Of a stretch of 64,000 nucleotides of DNA, positions 9,303-18,392 are shown in pieces (positions within the stretch are counted from its first letter, which is position 1; each line of letters starts with the position of its first letter). This stretch comes from Nitrospirota bacterium (GTDB taxonomy: Bacteria > Nitrospirota > Nitrospiria > 2-01-FULL-66-17). Made by a program: the position numbers and the translations under genes. The DNA is taken from the NCBI GenBank assembly GCA_049325335.1, contig JBMOMC010000001.1, forward strand, positions 468,193 through 532,192. The letters run 5' to 3'. The notes under the pieces were generated by a model. It was not told the origin of the DNA, did not search any database, and worked only from the letters and a program-made list of their open reading frames with translations.

Positions 9303-11234
9303 TCACGCGCTGGCCGGACCCGACAAAGTCTCGAACACCGTACGCACCAATTGGGTCGGCGTAAACGGCTTGCGGATCAACCGTTCGGGATCCAAGTCCG
9401 AGAGACCCTTGGCGTCGTCCCCGTACCCCGACATATACAACACTTTGAGGGACGGCTGCCGTCGTCTGAGGCGCGCGGCCAACTGCGGCCCGCCCACGCC
9501 GGGCATCACCACGTCCGTCACCAGCAGATGGATCGCGCCGTCGTACCGCACCAACATCTGCTCGGCCTCGTCGGCCGACTCCGCTTCCAGGACCCGGTAC
9601 CCGCGCGAGCGCAGGGCCTCGCGCACCAGGGCGCGCACGCCCACTTCGTCTTCGGTCACCAGGACCGTTTCCGTCCCCTGCGGGATCACATCGGCCGGCA
9701 GCGGCTGAGGGTCCGGCGTCAGCGCGGCGGCGCGGGGCAACAAGACCTGAAACCGCGTCCCGCGTCCCACGTCGCTGTCCACCGCGAAGTATCCCTCGCT
9801 CTGGGTGACGATCCCGTACGCGGTCGATAACCCCAAACCCGTCCCTTTGCCCTGCTCCTTGGTGGAAAAAAACGGCTCAAATACGCGGGATTTGGTCTCC
9901 GCGTCCATTCCGACCCCGGTATCGCCGACCGTCAGCGAGACGTACGTTCCCGGCACGGCTCCGGCCGGCACCAGGGTCACGGGGTCCTCCACGTGCGTCT
10001 CGGCGGTCTCGATCGTGAGGCGCCCGCCGCGCGGCATGGCGTCGCGCGCGTTCACCACCAAGTTCACGATCACGTGTTCGAATTGCGCAGGGTCAACGCG
10101 CACCAATCCGAGGGGGTTCGCCAAGCGAACCTCCATCGCGATGTCTTCACCGACCAGAATGCGCAGCATGCGATCCAGGTCCCGCACGATCGCGTTGAGG
10201 TCCGTCACGCGAGGTTCCAAGAGTTGTCGCCGCCCGAACGCCAGCAATTGACTGGTGAGCGACGCGGCCCGCTTCGCGGCTTTACGCACCTCGTCGAGAT
10301 AGGGCCGGACCGGATGGTCGGGAGCCATCTGCTCCAACCCGAGCGAGGAAAACCCCAGCATGGCGGTCAGCAGGTTGTTGAAGTCATGGGCCACGCCGCC
10401 GGCCAGACGCCCGACCGCTTCCATCTTTTGCGCGTGCCGAAGCTGCGTTTCCAAACGCCGTCGCTCGGACACGTCGCGGACCACGGCCGTCACCACCAGG
10501 GCGTCGTTGACCCGATGCGGCCGGAGATGGATTTCCACCGGGAGGTCCCGGCCGTCCCGGCACCGCACCGACAGATCCGAGGACGCGCCCAACAACAGCG
10601 TGCGCGGCGCGGTGCGATACGCCTCGCGGTGCGCCAGGTACGCCTCGCGGAGCGATTCGGGAACCAGCAATTCGACCGATCGCCCCATCAATTCGTCGGC
10701 GGAGTACCCGAACAGGGTCTGGACATGGGAGTTGGCTAACACGATCCGGCCTTGCGTGTCCACGATCAGAATCGCGCTCGGTTCGGATTCCAGCAGTTCG
10801 CGATATTTGTCTTCACTGTCGCGCAGCGCCTGTTCGGCCCGCCGTTTGGCCTGGCGGGTCTGCGCCTCGCGCACCTCGCGCTGCACGGCCGGGGCCAACC
10901 GCGACAAATTGTCCTTCATCACGTAGTCCTGCGCGCCGGCTTTCATCGCGGACACCGCGATCTCCTCCCCGATGCTGCCCGACACCACGATAAACGGGAC
11001 ATCCACATCCAGGTCCCGAATCATGGCCAACGCGGCGTGCGCGGAAAATCTCGGCATCAAGTAGTCGCACAACACCACGTCCCAGGACTCGGTCAGCAAC
11101 GCGCGGCGGACATCCTCCGGCTCATCCAAGCGACGATGGATGGCATCCACGCCGGCACGACGCAATTCGCGCAGCAGCAGGAGGGCATCGTCTGGTGAGT
11201 CTTCGAGCAACAACACGTGGAGCGGTCGATTCAT
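9303..11234 (-). CDS. hybrid sensor histidine kinase (REC-PAS-HisKA-HATPase-REC)
   Basis: LLLEDS...[54 protein letters not shown]-terminal VTDVVMP. Confidence 0.95.
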   Translation of the reverse strand: MNRPLHVLLLEDSPDDALLLLRELRRAGVDAIHRRLDEPEDVRRALLTESWDVVLCDYLMPRFSAHAALAMIRDLDVDVPFIVVSGSIGEEIAVSAMKAGAQDYVMKDNLSRLAPAVQREVREAQTRQAKRRAEQALRDSEDKYRELLESEPSAILIVDTQGRIVLANSHVQTLFGYSADELMGRSVELLVPESLREAYLAHREAYRTAPRTLLLGASSDLSVRCRDGRDLPVEIHLRPHRVNDALVVTAVVRDVSERRRLETQLRHAQKMEAVGRLAGGVAHDFNNLLTAMLGFSSLGLEQMAPDHPVRPYLDEVRKAAKRAASLTSQLLAFGRRQLLEPRVTDLNAIVRDLDRMLRILVGEDIAMEVRLANPLGLVRVDPAQFEHVIVNLVVNARDAMPRGGRLTIETAETHVEDPVTLVPAGAVPGTYVSLTVGDTGVGMDAETKSRVFEPFFSTKEQGKGTGLGLSTAYGIVTQSEGYFAVDSDVGRGTRFQVLLPRAAALTPDPQPLPADVIPQGTETVLVTEDEVGVRALVREALRSRGYRVLEAESADEAEQMLVRYDGAIHLLVTDVVMPGVGGPQLAARLRRRQPSLKVLYMSGYGDDAKGLSDLDPERLIRKPFTPTQLVRTVFETLSGPASA

Positions 11235-11398
11235 CGCAGGCCTCGCGGACAGGACGTTTCCCCGCGCACAGCGCGGAGGATAGTCGGGGCGGTGCTGGTC
11301 GCACGCGTGAGATCTGAGGGATCGGCGCTGTTGCGCTGCGCCGGCGCGCGCAGCGACGGGGCTTCGTGGTCCGGATTGTCCTCGACCAACAGGCGCAT
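11231..11398 (-). pseudogene. degenerate remnant of a single-domain response regulator (Rcp1-like)
   Basis: LLVEDNPDHEAPSLRAPAQRNSAD resembles the receiver N-terminus LLVEDNPDDEALTLRA; no phospho-acceptor half; abuts kinase start. Confidence 0.55.
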
Positions 11399-11498
11399 AC
11401 GTCCTCTCGGGTTCGGCAAACCGTCGGGCGTGGTGCCCCGGTGAAAAGGAGGTCAGATTCTACACGTTCCCACTCCGCCGCGCAATACGGACCCGCGG

Positions 11499-14039
11499 TC
11501 AGTCCCCCCGCAATACCGCGAACGGCCGTTTCCCCAAGAGCCGATACGTGCCGGACAGGCCTACGGCCATGGTGCCGGTCATGGAGGCCGCCGGACCGAT
11601 GATCGCCAGATCCGCCGCCCAGACCCACGGCACCTCCAGCACCCAGCGCGCCACCATCCACGACAGGGCCGCGGCAAGCCCGGTGCCCAACAGGCCCGAC
11701 GCGGCGCCCACCAGGCCGAACTCCACCGCCAACGCCCGCAGCATGGCGGGCCGGCCAGCCCCAATCGTCTTCAAGAGCATCGCGTCCCGCAACCGGGCCG
11801 CGCGAGCGGCCGCCAGGGCGCCGCCCAACACGACGAATCCGGCAACCGCCACCAACACCGCCACCCCGCGCACGGCGAACGAGACCCGCTCGACCACCCG
11901 CTCCACCGACGCCAGAACCTCGCCGATAGGGATCGCCGTGACGTTGGGAAACGCCTCGACCACCGCCTGCTGCATCGCGACTTGCTCGCCGGTCGCGGCC
12001 CGCACGGCGGCCACGTACGTGACCGGCATGTCGTCCAACGCGCCGGGAGACAACAGCAGGAAAAAATTGAGGCCGCGGTTGTCCCAATCCACGGAGCGCA
12101 GACTGGTCACGCGCGCGTCGAGCGACGTGCCGTGGATATCCAGTCCGATCATCGCCCCGACCCCGATGCCCAGACGGTGGGCCAACTCCCGCTCCACCGA
12201 CACGCGCACCTCCGACGAGGCCGTGGACGCACCCCCGTCCCACCAGCGGCCCTCCACCACCGTGTTGCCGCGCGGCAGATCGGCGCGCGCCGTGACCACG
12301 TACTCTCTGGTCAAGTACCAGCGCGCGTCGGATTCCCCGCCCGACTCGGACCCGGACGTCGCCGGCTGATCCCCCGTCGCGCGCAATCGCCCGCGAGCGA
12401 CCGGCACCACCTCCGCGGGAATACCGCGCGCGTCCGCCAACGCGGTAAATCCGTCGCGTTGGTCGGGTTGGATGTCGATGAAAAACAGGGTGGGCGCGTC
12501 GCGGGGCACGTGTTCGGTCAACTCGGCGCGAATCGCGCGGTCCACGAATCCCACGGCCGCCACCGCGGTCACGCCCAACCCGATCGACACCATCGCGGCC
12601 GCGGTGTGCGCGCCCGGACGGGTCAATGCGCCCACGCCGCGACGCCACGCGAATGAAGACGGCGTCGGGAGCGCCCGCGTCAGCCGCGCCAGACACCACG
12701 CGGCCGCGGCCAACACCGCCGCCGCGGCCGCCAACCCCGCGAGATAGAGCGCGGCCAGCCCCAGGGAGCGCGTCTGCCACCACCCGAGTCCGAACGCGGC
12801 CGACAGACCGATCGCCGCGAGCCGCCACGACGCCAGCCAGGACACGCCCAGCGGCGCGGCCTCGTGCCGAAGCACCGCGGCCGCGGGCGCGCGCGCGGCG
12901 GACGACAGCGGTCCCAGCGAAAACCCCACCCCCGCGAGCCCGCCTACGAGCGCGCCCTGCGCGTACGGCCAGGGACTGATCGGAGCGGTCAGGGTGATCC
13001 CCGCGAACGCGCTCGCGGCGGCGGTCAGCGCGCGCTGCCCGAGCGCCCCGAGCCCGGCCCCCAGGACTCCGCCCGCCAGACCGAGCGCGGCCAATTCGGC
13101 GAGCGTGGCCCACGCCACGGTTCGCGCGTCCGCGCCCACGCACTTGAGCAGCGCGATCGTCCGCCACCGATCGGCCACCAACGCGCGCGCGCTACCCGCC
13201 ACGCCCACGCCGCCCAAGAGCAGCGCGGTCACCCCGACCAGTCCCAAATACGCGCCGACGCGATCGAGCGACCGGCGGAGTCGGGGTTGCGCGTCGGCGT
13301 AAGCCGTGATCTGCACGGGTTCGGCGGCCAACTCCTCGCGCACCGCGTCGCGGACGCGGTCGGCGGGTTCGGCGTCGGGGGGCAACGCGATCAACGCGCG
13401 ATACCGGACCCGACTGCCCGGCCGCACCAGTCCGGTGAGATCGAGCGCCTCGCGCGCGATCAACACCCGCGGCCCCAGGCTGAACGCCCCGGCCGTGCGA
13501 TCGGGCTCGGCCCGCAACAGGGCGACGGCCGTGAACTCCGCCTCCCCTAAGCGGAACCGGTCGCCGAGCGACAGGCCCAACCGGATCAGGAACGCCTCGT
13601 GCACGACCGCGCCGAGCGGCGGGCCCGCGGTCAACCACGATGCCAACGCGCGGTCGGGCTCGGTCTCCACCCGGCCGTAAAACGGATACCCGCCCTCCAC
13701 CGCCTTGAGCTCCACCAACACGGACCGCCCCGGGACAACGGCCATCGCCATCAGCTCCGCGACCCGTGTCACGCGCGCGCCCTGCGACGCGAGCCGCCCC
13801 ACCGCGGCCGCCCCCGCGTTCGATAGCGGCGCGGTGGACCGCAGTTCCAGGTCGGCGGCCAACAGGCTCTTGGCGTCGCCGGCGATCGCGCGCCGAGCCG
13901 TGTCCGCCGCGGCGCCGATCGCGACCACCGCGCCCACCCCCAACGCGATGGCCGCCGCGATCGGGACGTGGTGGCGCGATCCCGCGCGTAGGTTGCGGCG
14001 CGCCAGAATCAACGCGAACGGGGGCCGGAACCCGATCAC
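11499..14039 (-). CDS. ybbP: ABC transporter permease, YbbP/FtsX-like
   Basis: LLAADL, ELKAVEGGYPFYG, PTLFFIDIQPDQ, LRSVDW; two FtsX-type halves; coupled to ATPase and divergent tesA. Confidence 0.88.
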   Translation of the reverse strand: MIGFRPPFALILARRNLRAGSRHHVPIAAAIALGVGAVVAIGAAADTARRAIAGDAKSLLAADLELRSTAPLSNAGAAAVGRLASQGARVTRVAELMAMAVVPGRSVLVELKAVEGGYPFYGRVETEPDRALASWLTAGPPLGAVVHEAFLIRLGLSLGDRFRLGEAEFTAVALLRAEPDRTAGAFSLGPRVLIAREALDLTGLVRPGSRVRYRALIALPPDAEPADRVRDAVREELAAEPVQITAYADAQPRLRRSLDRVGAYLGLVGVTALLLGGVGVAGSARALVADRWRTIALLKCVGADARTVAWATLAELAALGLAGGVLGAGLGALGQRALTAAASAFAGITLTAPISPWPYAQGALVGGLAGVGFSLGPLSSAARAPAAAVLRHEAAPLGVSWLASWRLAAIGLSAAFGLGWWQTRSLGLAALYLAGLAAAAAVLAAAAWCLARLTRALPTPSSFAWRRGVGALTRPGAHTAAAMVSIGLGVTAVAAVGFVDRAIRAELTEHVPRDAPTLFFIDIQPDQRDGFTALADARGIPAEVVPVARGRLRATGDQPATSGSESGGESDARWYLTREYVVTARADLPRGNTVVEGRWWDGGASTASSEVRVSVERELAHRLGIGVGAMIGLDIHGTSLDARVTSLRSVDWDNRGLNFFLLLSPGALDDMPVTYVAAVRAATGEQVAMQQAVVEAFPNVTAIPIGEVLASVERVVERVSFAVRGVAVLVAVAGFVVLGGALAAARAARLRDAMLLKTIGAGRPAMLRALAVEFGLVGAASGLLGTGLAAALSWMVARWVLEVPWVWAADLAIIGPAASMTGTMAVGLSGTYRLLGKRPFAVLRGD

Positions 14040-14725
14040 GGCGCGGTCCGTGCGACCGCCGTTGAATCCGCGATGATCCTCCCGCCGCGCAGGGTAATCG
14101 TGCGATCCGCGGTTCCCGCCAACTCGGGGTCGTGCGTGACCAACACGAGAGTGCCGCCTTGCTCCGCGTGCAACGCGCGCAAGAGGCTTACGACCTGCGC
14201 GCCGCTGGCCGGGTCTAAATTGCCGACGGGTTCATCGGCCAACAGGACCGGCGGGCGGCGGGCGCACGCGCGGGCCAAGGCCGCGCGTTGTTGCTCGCCG
14301 CCGGAGAGTTGCGCCGGATAGTGCCCCGCGCGATCCGCAAGCCCCACCGCGTCCAACAACTCCCGCGCGCGGACCAGCGGCCGCGCGTCCCCGGCCAACT
14401 CCAACGGCACTGCCACGTTTTCCAACGCCGTCAACGTGGGGATGAGGTGAAACGACTGAAACACGAAACCGATCCGGTCCAAACGCACGCGGGCCAAGGC
14501 CGATTCGTCCAGCGCGGTCAGATCGATCCGGTCGAGGGTCACGGTCCCGGACGCGGGACGCTCCAACCCCGCGATCACGGCCAGGAGCGTGGACTTCCCG
14601 CTCCCGGACGGCCCCACTACCGCGATGCATTGCCGGTCCGGGATGTCGAGGGACACGTCGTCGAGCACGGTGACGGCGCGGCCGGCCGCGTGCAGGCGCA
14701 CCGTCACGTTTCGAAGAGCAATCAT
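14036..14725 (-). CDS. ybbA: ABC transporter ATP-binding protein, YbbA-like
   Basis: GPSGSGKST, GFVFQSFHL, LSGGEQQR, LLADEP, LVTHD. Confidence 0.92.
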   Translation of the reverse strand: MIALRNVTVRLHAAGRAVTVLDDVSLDIPDRQCIAVVGPSGSGKSTLLAVIAGLERPASGTVTLDRIDLTALDESALARVRLDRIGFVFQSFHLIPTLTALENVAVPLELAGDARPLVRARELLDAVGLADRAGHYPAQLSGGEQQRAALARACARRPPVLLADEPVGNLDPASGAQVVSLLRALHAEQGGTLVLVTHDPELAGTADRTITLRGGRIIADSTAVARTAP

Positions 14726-14743
14726 CGCGCGGAGGGTCCGTAG

Positions 14744-15457
14744 TTGCGGCGCATGGAGTCGCCATTATACACTGCGGCCATGTGGCGGATACCGGTGGGC
14801 GGGCACAACGACCCCGCATACGGGCGGATCGCGCACAGCGCGGCGTGGGGATGGCTGCTGTGCGCCGCGGTAGGCGCGGCCGACGCGCGCGGGCAACCGG
14901 GGCCCACGCCGACGATCGTGGCGTTCGGCGACAGCCTGACCGCCGGGTTCGGCGTGCCCGGCCGCGACGCCTATCCGTCGCGGCTCGAACGCCGCTTGCG
15001 CGGGGAAGGCTACGCGCACCGGGTGGTCAACGCCGGGGTCAGCGGCGACACCACGGCCGGAGGCTTGCGGCGCGTGGACTGGGTGCTCAAATCACGCCCG
15101 CAGCTCGTGATCCTCGAACTGGGCGCGAATGACGGACTGCGGGGCTTGTCCCCCGCGCAAACCCGCGACAACTTGGCGCGCATCATCGAACGGCTCCAGG
15201 CCTCGGGCGCCACCGTGGTGCTGACCGGCATGCGGGTCCCCCCCAACTACGGGGACGACTACGCGCGCGCGTTTGAATCCGTCTTCCCCGAACTGGCCCG
15301 ACGGTATCATCTCCCCTTGATCCCGTTTTTTCTCGACGGGGTCGCCGCCGACCCCGCGCTCAATCAAGCCGACGGCCTCCATCCCACGGCGGAGGGGTAT
15401 CGGGTGATTGTGGAGCGGATCTGGCCGCACATTAAACCTCTGCTCCCCCGACCGTAG
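14744..15457 (+). CDS. tesA: SGNH/GDSL arylesterase/thioesterase I (start may be downstream)
   Basis: FGDSLTAG, NAGVSGDTT, ELGANDGLRG, DGLHP. Confidence 0.92.
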   Translation: MRRMESPLYTAAMWRIPVGGHNDPAYGRIAHSAAWGWLLCAAVGAADARGQPGPTPTIVAFGDSLTAGFGVPGRDAYPSRLERRLRGEGYAHRVVNAGVSGDTTAGGLRRVDWVLKSRPQLVILELGANDGLRGLSPAQTRDNLARIIERLQASGATVVLTGMRVPPNYGDDYARAFESVFPELARRYHLPLIPFFLDGVAADPALNQADGLHPTAEGYRVIVERIWPHIKPLLPRP

Positions 15458-15468
15458 CCACGGACCAC

Positions 15469-16989
15469 ATGCTCACGCTCGATGATCTCAAACCGCTCAC
15501 CGTCCATTTAACCGAGATCGCGCACTTGCACAGCGCGGTCTCCGTGCTCTCGTGGGACCAGGAAACCTACATGCCGCGCGGGGGTTCCGCGGCGCGGGCC
15601 GAAACCCTGGCCGCGTTGCAAGGCATGGCGCACGAGCGGTTCACGTCGCCGCGCACGGACGAGCTGCTCGCCAGGTGGCTCGATCCGGAGACCGGCCGGC
15701 TGTTCGACGACGAGGCGGACCCGGCCGCGCGCGCGCTGCTGCGCGAGGTGTTCCGAGACTACCAACGCGCCAAACGCCTGCCCACCGCGTTCGTCTCCTT
15801 GCTCGAAAAAACCTGCGCGCTCGCCAACGACGCGTGGATCGAGGCGCGGACCACCAGGGCCTTCAACGCGTTTCTCCCCCATCTGACGCACATCGTCGCG
15901 CTCAAACGCGAGGAAGCTTCGTACCTCGGGTACGATGATTCTCCGTACGATCCGCTCGTGGACGCCTTTGAACCCGGGATGACCGCCGCGCGCCTCACCC
16001 CATTGTTCGCGGAATTACAAACGGGCCTGACCGCGCTCTTGGATCGCGTGGCCGGGTCCTCGGTGAAACCCGCACGGCTCCCGACCGGCCCGTTCGATGC
16101 CCAACGCCAGATTCAGTTCAGCACCGCGGTATTGTCCGCGATGGGTTTCTCGTGGGACCGCGGACGCCTGGACCGCTCCGCGCACCCGTTTACCACTGGG
16201 TTCCACCCCACCGACGTGCGGATCACAACCCGCATCGCCGAGGACGACGTGGTCTCGTCGTTGTTTACCTGCCTCCACGAGGGCGGGCACGCGCTGTACG
16301 ACCAAGGCTTAAACCCCGACTACTTCGGCACCCCACTGGGGGAAGCCGTGTCCTTGGGATTACACGAGAGCCAATCGCGATTGTGGGAAAACTGCGTGGG
16401 CCGGTCCCTTGAATTCTGGCGGCATTTTTACCCGCTGCTGCAGCAGACCTTCCCGGGCGCGCTCGACGCGGTGTCGCTGGAGACGTTCCACGCCGCGATC
16501 AACGCCGTGGCCCCCTCGCTCATCCGCGTGGAAGCCGATGAGCTGACCTATAACTTTCACATCATCGTGCGATTCGAGTTGGAGCAGGAGTTGATCGCGG
16601 GTCGTCTCCTGCCGCGGGACCTACCCGAGGCGTGGAACGCGGCCATGCGGCGTGCGCTGGGCGTTGTGCCGGCCCACGACGGCGAAGGCGTGTTGCAGGA
16701 CATCCACTGGGCGCACGGTGCGTTCGGGTACTTTCCGACGTACACCCTGGGGAACCTTTGCGCGGCCCAGTTCTGGCGGCAAGCGCAATCGGATCTCGCC
16801 GACCTGCCCACGCTGATCGAGGGCGGACGATTCGAACCGTTGGTCCGGTGGCTGCGCGATCGCATCCACCGCTGGGGGCGAACCTATACGACCAACGAAT
16901 TATTATTGCGCGTGACGGGAGAAGGGTTGCGTTCGGAATATTTCTTGGACTATCTGAACGAGAAGTACGCCGCGATTTATCGGTGGTAA
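15469..16989 (+). CDS. carboxypeptidase M32
   Basis: LSWDQET, SAHPF, DVRITTR, HEGGHALY, HESQSR, IRVEADE, QDIHW, GYFPTY. Confidence 0.96.
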   Translation: MLTLDDLKPLTVHLTEIAHLHSAVSVLSWDQETYMPRGGSAARAETLAALQGMAHERFTSPRTDELLARWLDPETGRLFDDEADPAARALLREVFRDYQRAKRLPTAFVSLLEKTCALANDAWIEARTTRAFNAFLPHLTHIVALKREEASYLGYDDSPYDPLVDAFEPGMTAARLTPLFAELQTGLTALLDRVAGSSVKPARLPTGPFDAQRQIQFSTAVLSAMGFSWDRGRLDRSAHPFTTGFHPTDVRITTRIAEDDVVSSLFTCLHEGGHALYDQGLNPDYFGTPLGEAVSLGLHESQSRLWENCVGRSLEFWRHFYPLLQQTFPGALDAVSLETFHAAINAVAPSLIRVEADELTYNFHIIVRFELEQELIAGRLLPRDLPEAWNAAMRRALGVVPAHDGEGVLQDIHWAHGAFGYFPTYTLGNLCAAQFWRQAQSDLADLPTLIEGGRFEPLVRWLRDRIHRWGRTYTTNELLLRVTGEGLRSEYFLDYLNEKYAAIYRW

Positions 16990-17014
16990 GGAATGCCCGC
17001 AAGCGCCCGCACGT

Positions 17015-17042
17015 GTAGGGGCGTACGGCCGTACGCCCCTAC
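17015..17042. repeat. GTAG-type REP-like perfect palindrome
   Basis: GTAGGGGCGTACGG|CCGTACGCCCCTAC, 28-bp perfect inverted repeat between convergent genes. Confidence 0.8.
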
Positions 17043-17103
17043 GAAAACCGTGAGGACCGGAAGCGCAGCGACAACGCCGCAGATGGCCACTCCTGCGCAC
17101 GGA

Positions 17104-18285
17104 TCAGGCGTCCGCGTCCCCGCCGAAGATCGCCAGACTGGCGGTAAACCCGTGCAGGAAATTGGTCCCGCCGACCGGTCCGATCTCGCCCTGCGCGAAA
17201 AATCCCGCGACCGGAATTTTCCCGAGCCGCGACCGCACCATGGTGACGTCGTGGTGGGCGCGCCCGAACAACCGACGCCCCCGGCCGTTACAACTAAACA
17301 GCAACGCGGCTTCCGGGGTCGGCGCGTGGTTCGGCTGATCCTGCGCGGCCAGCAAGGTGTTCAGGTCTTCGCTCGCGCTCTCGCGGTCGCGGATGTGAAA
17401 TTGTACGGTTTGTCCCTCGCGAACCAGATCGCCGACCGCCAGGCTGCCCTCTTGTTGATCCGCGCCGACCAACCCGCGGACCAAAAAGTCGCCGCGTTCA
17501 AATTGCGATTGCGCCTCGTTGATGGTCAGCCCCAGATGCAGCCCGCGACGCGCCAGCTCTTGTTCCGCGGGCGATAAGGCCGCGTACATCTCCTGCAAAC
17601 AGCCGAACGCCGGGCGGCCGCCCAACTCGTAGATCACGTTGCCCTCGGCCCGGGTAATGAGAAACCGTCCCCCCACCGGCCGACACCCCTGGGACACCAC
17701 GGTGGCGATGGGGAGGTTCCCGCTTAACGCAACGCCGACCACGCCTTCGGTCGCCACGGTATCGCCGATCAACAGCCGATTTTCCCCGGGCGCGCGTCCC
17801 CCGCTGCTCATGCCGCCCACGGCTTTGGCACCGGGAAATTGGTGATCGAGCAGCCCGAGAAATTCCGTGCCGGGCGTTGAAAACGGCTCAGCCAACAGGA
17901 CAAAGAGCGACGGAGCGCCCACGGTCTCGGGAGCTGGAAACCCCTCGACCTGGACGCCGTTGCCACCGTGTTCAAATGTGGCGTGAAACGGCGCGAGGGT
18001 CACGCCGGGCATCGCCGCGGCCCACACCGCCATCGCGGGTTGGCCCTCGATCTCTTGATCGAGTCCGATGATCCCTTCGCCGGTGCATCCGAGCAACACG
18101 CGCGGCGCCAACCGTTCGGCGACGATCGCCGCGGCGTCCGCGAGTCCGTCGGCATGGTGCGGGGACACGAAGAGAAACGCGAGATCAACCGGCCCGCGAA
18201 GCCCGGCCGTCGCTCCGGCGCAGGCGTCTCTGGCCGCCATCGTCGTGTCCGCGTGAATCGATGTCCCAACCCCGAATGACGTCAT
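17104..18285 (-). CDS. FIST N/C domain protein
   Basis: LLGCTGEGII, VSQGCRPVG, ITRAEGNVIYEL, LLFSCNGRG, GFFAQGEIGP; ATG 18285 preferred. Confidence 0.92.
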   Translation of the reverse strand: MTSFGVGTSIHADTTMAARDACAGATAGLRGPVDLAFLFVSPHHADGLADAAAIVAERLAPRVLLGCTGEGIIGLDQEIEGQPAMAVWAAAMPGVTLAPFHATFEHGGNGVQVEGFPAPETVGAPSLFVLLAEPFSTPGTEFLGLLDHQFPGAKAVGGMSSGGRAPGENRLLIGDTVATEGVVGVALSGNLPIATVVSQGCRPVGGRFLITRAEGNVIYELGGRPAFGCLQEMYAALSPAEQELARRGLHLGLTINEAQSQFERGDFLVRGLVGADQQEGSLAVGDLVREGQTVQFHIRDRESASEDLNTLLAAQDQPNHAPTPEAALLFSCNGRGRRLFGRAHHDVTMVRSRLGKIPVAGFFAQGEIGPVGGTNFLHGFTASLAIFGGDADA

Positions 18286-18392
18286 AGCGCCGAGCACTCT
18301 AGCAAAACGGCGTGATGCCGCGCAAGGCGGGGCGCGTCGACGGACCGGCGCGGGCATCGACCGCCCATGCCGGTCCTGATATACTCCGACGC

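Noticed and set aside
11122..13167. 681-aa ORF and other long overlapping ORFs (e.g. 43783-45162, 51994-53706, 54890-56383)
   Set aside because: Shadow frames of confident genes in GC-rich DNA, with no family motifs
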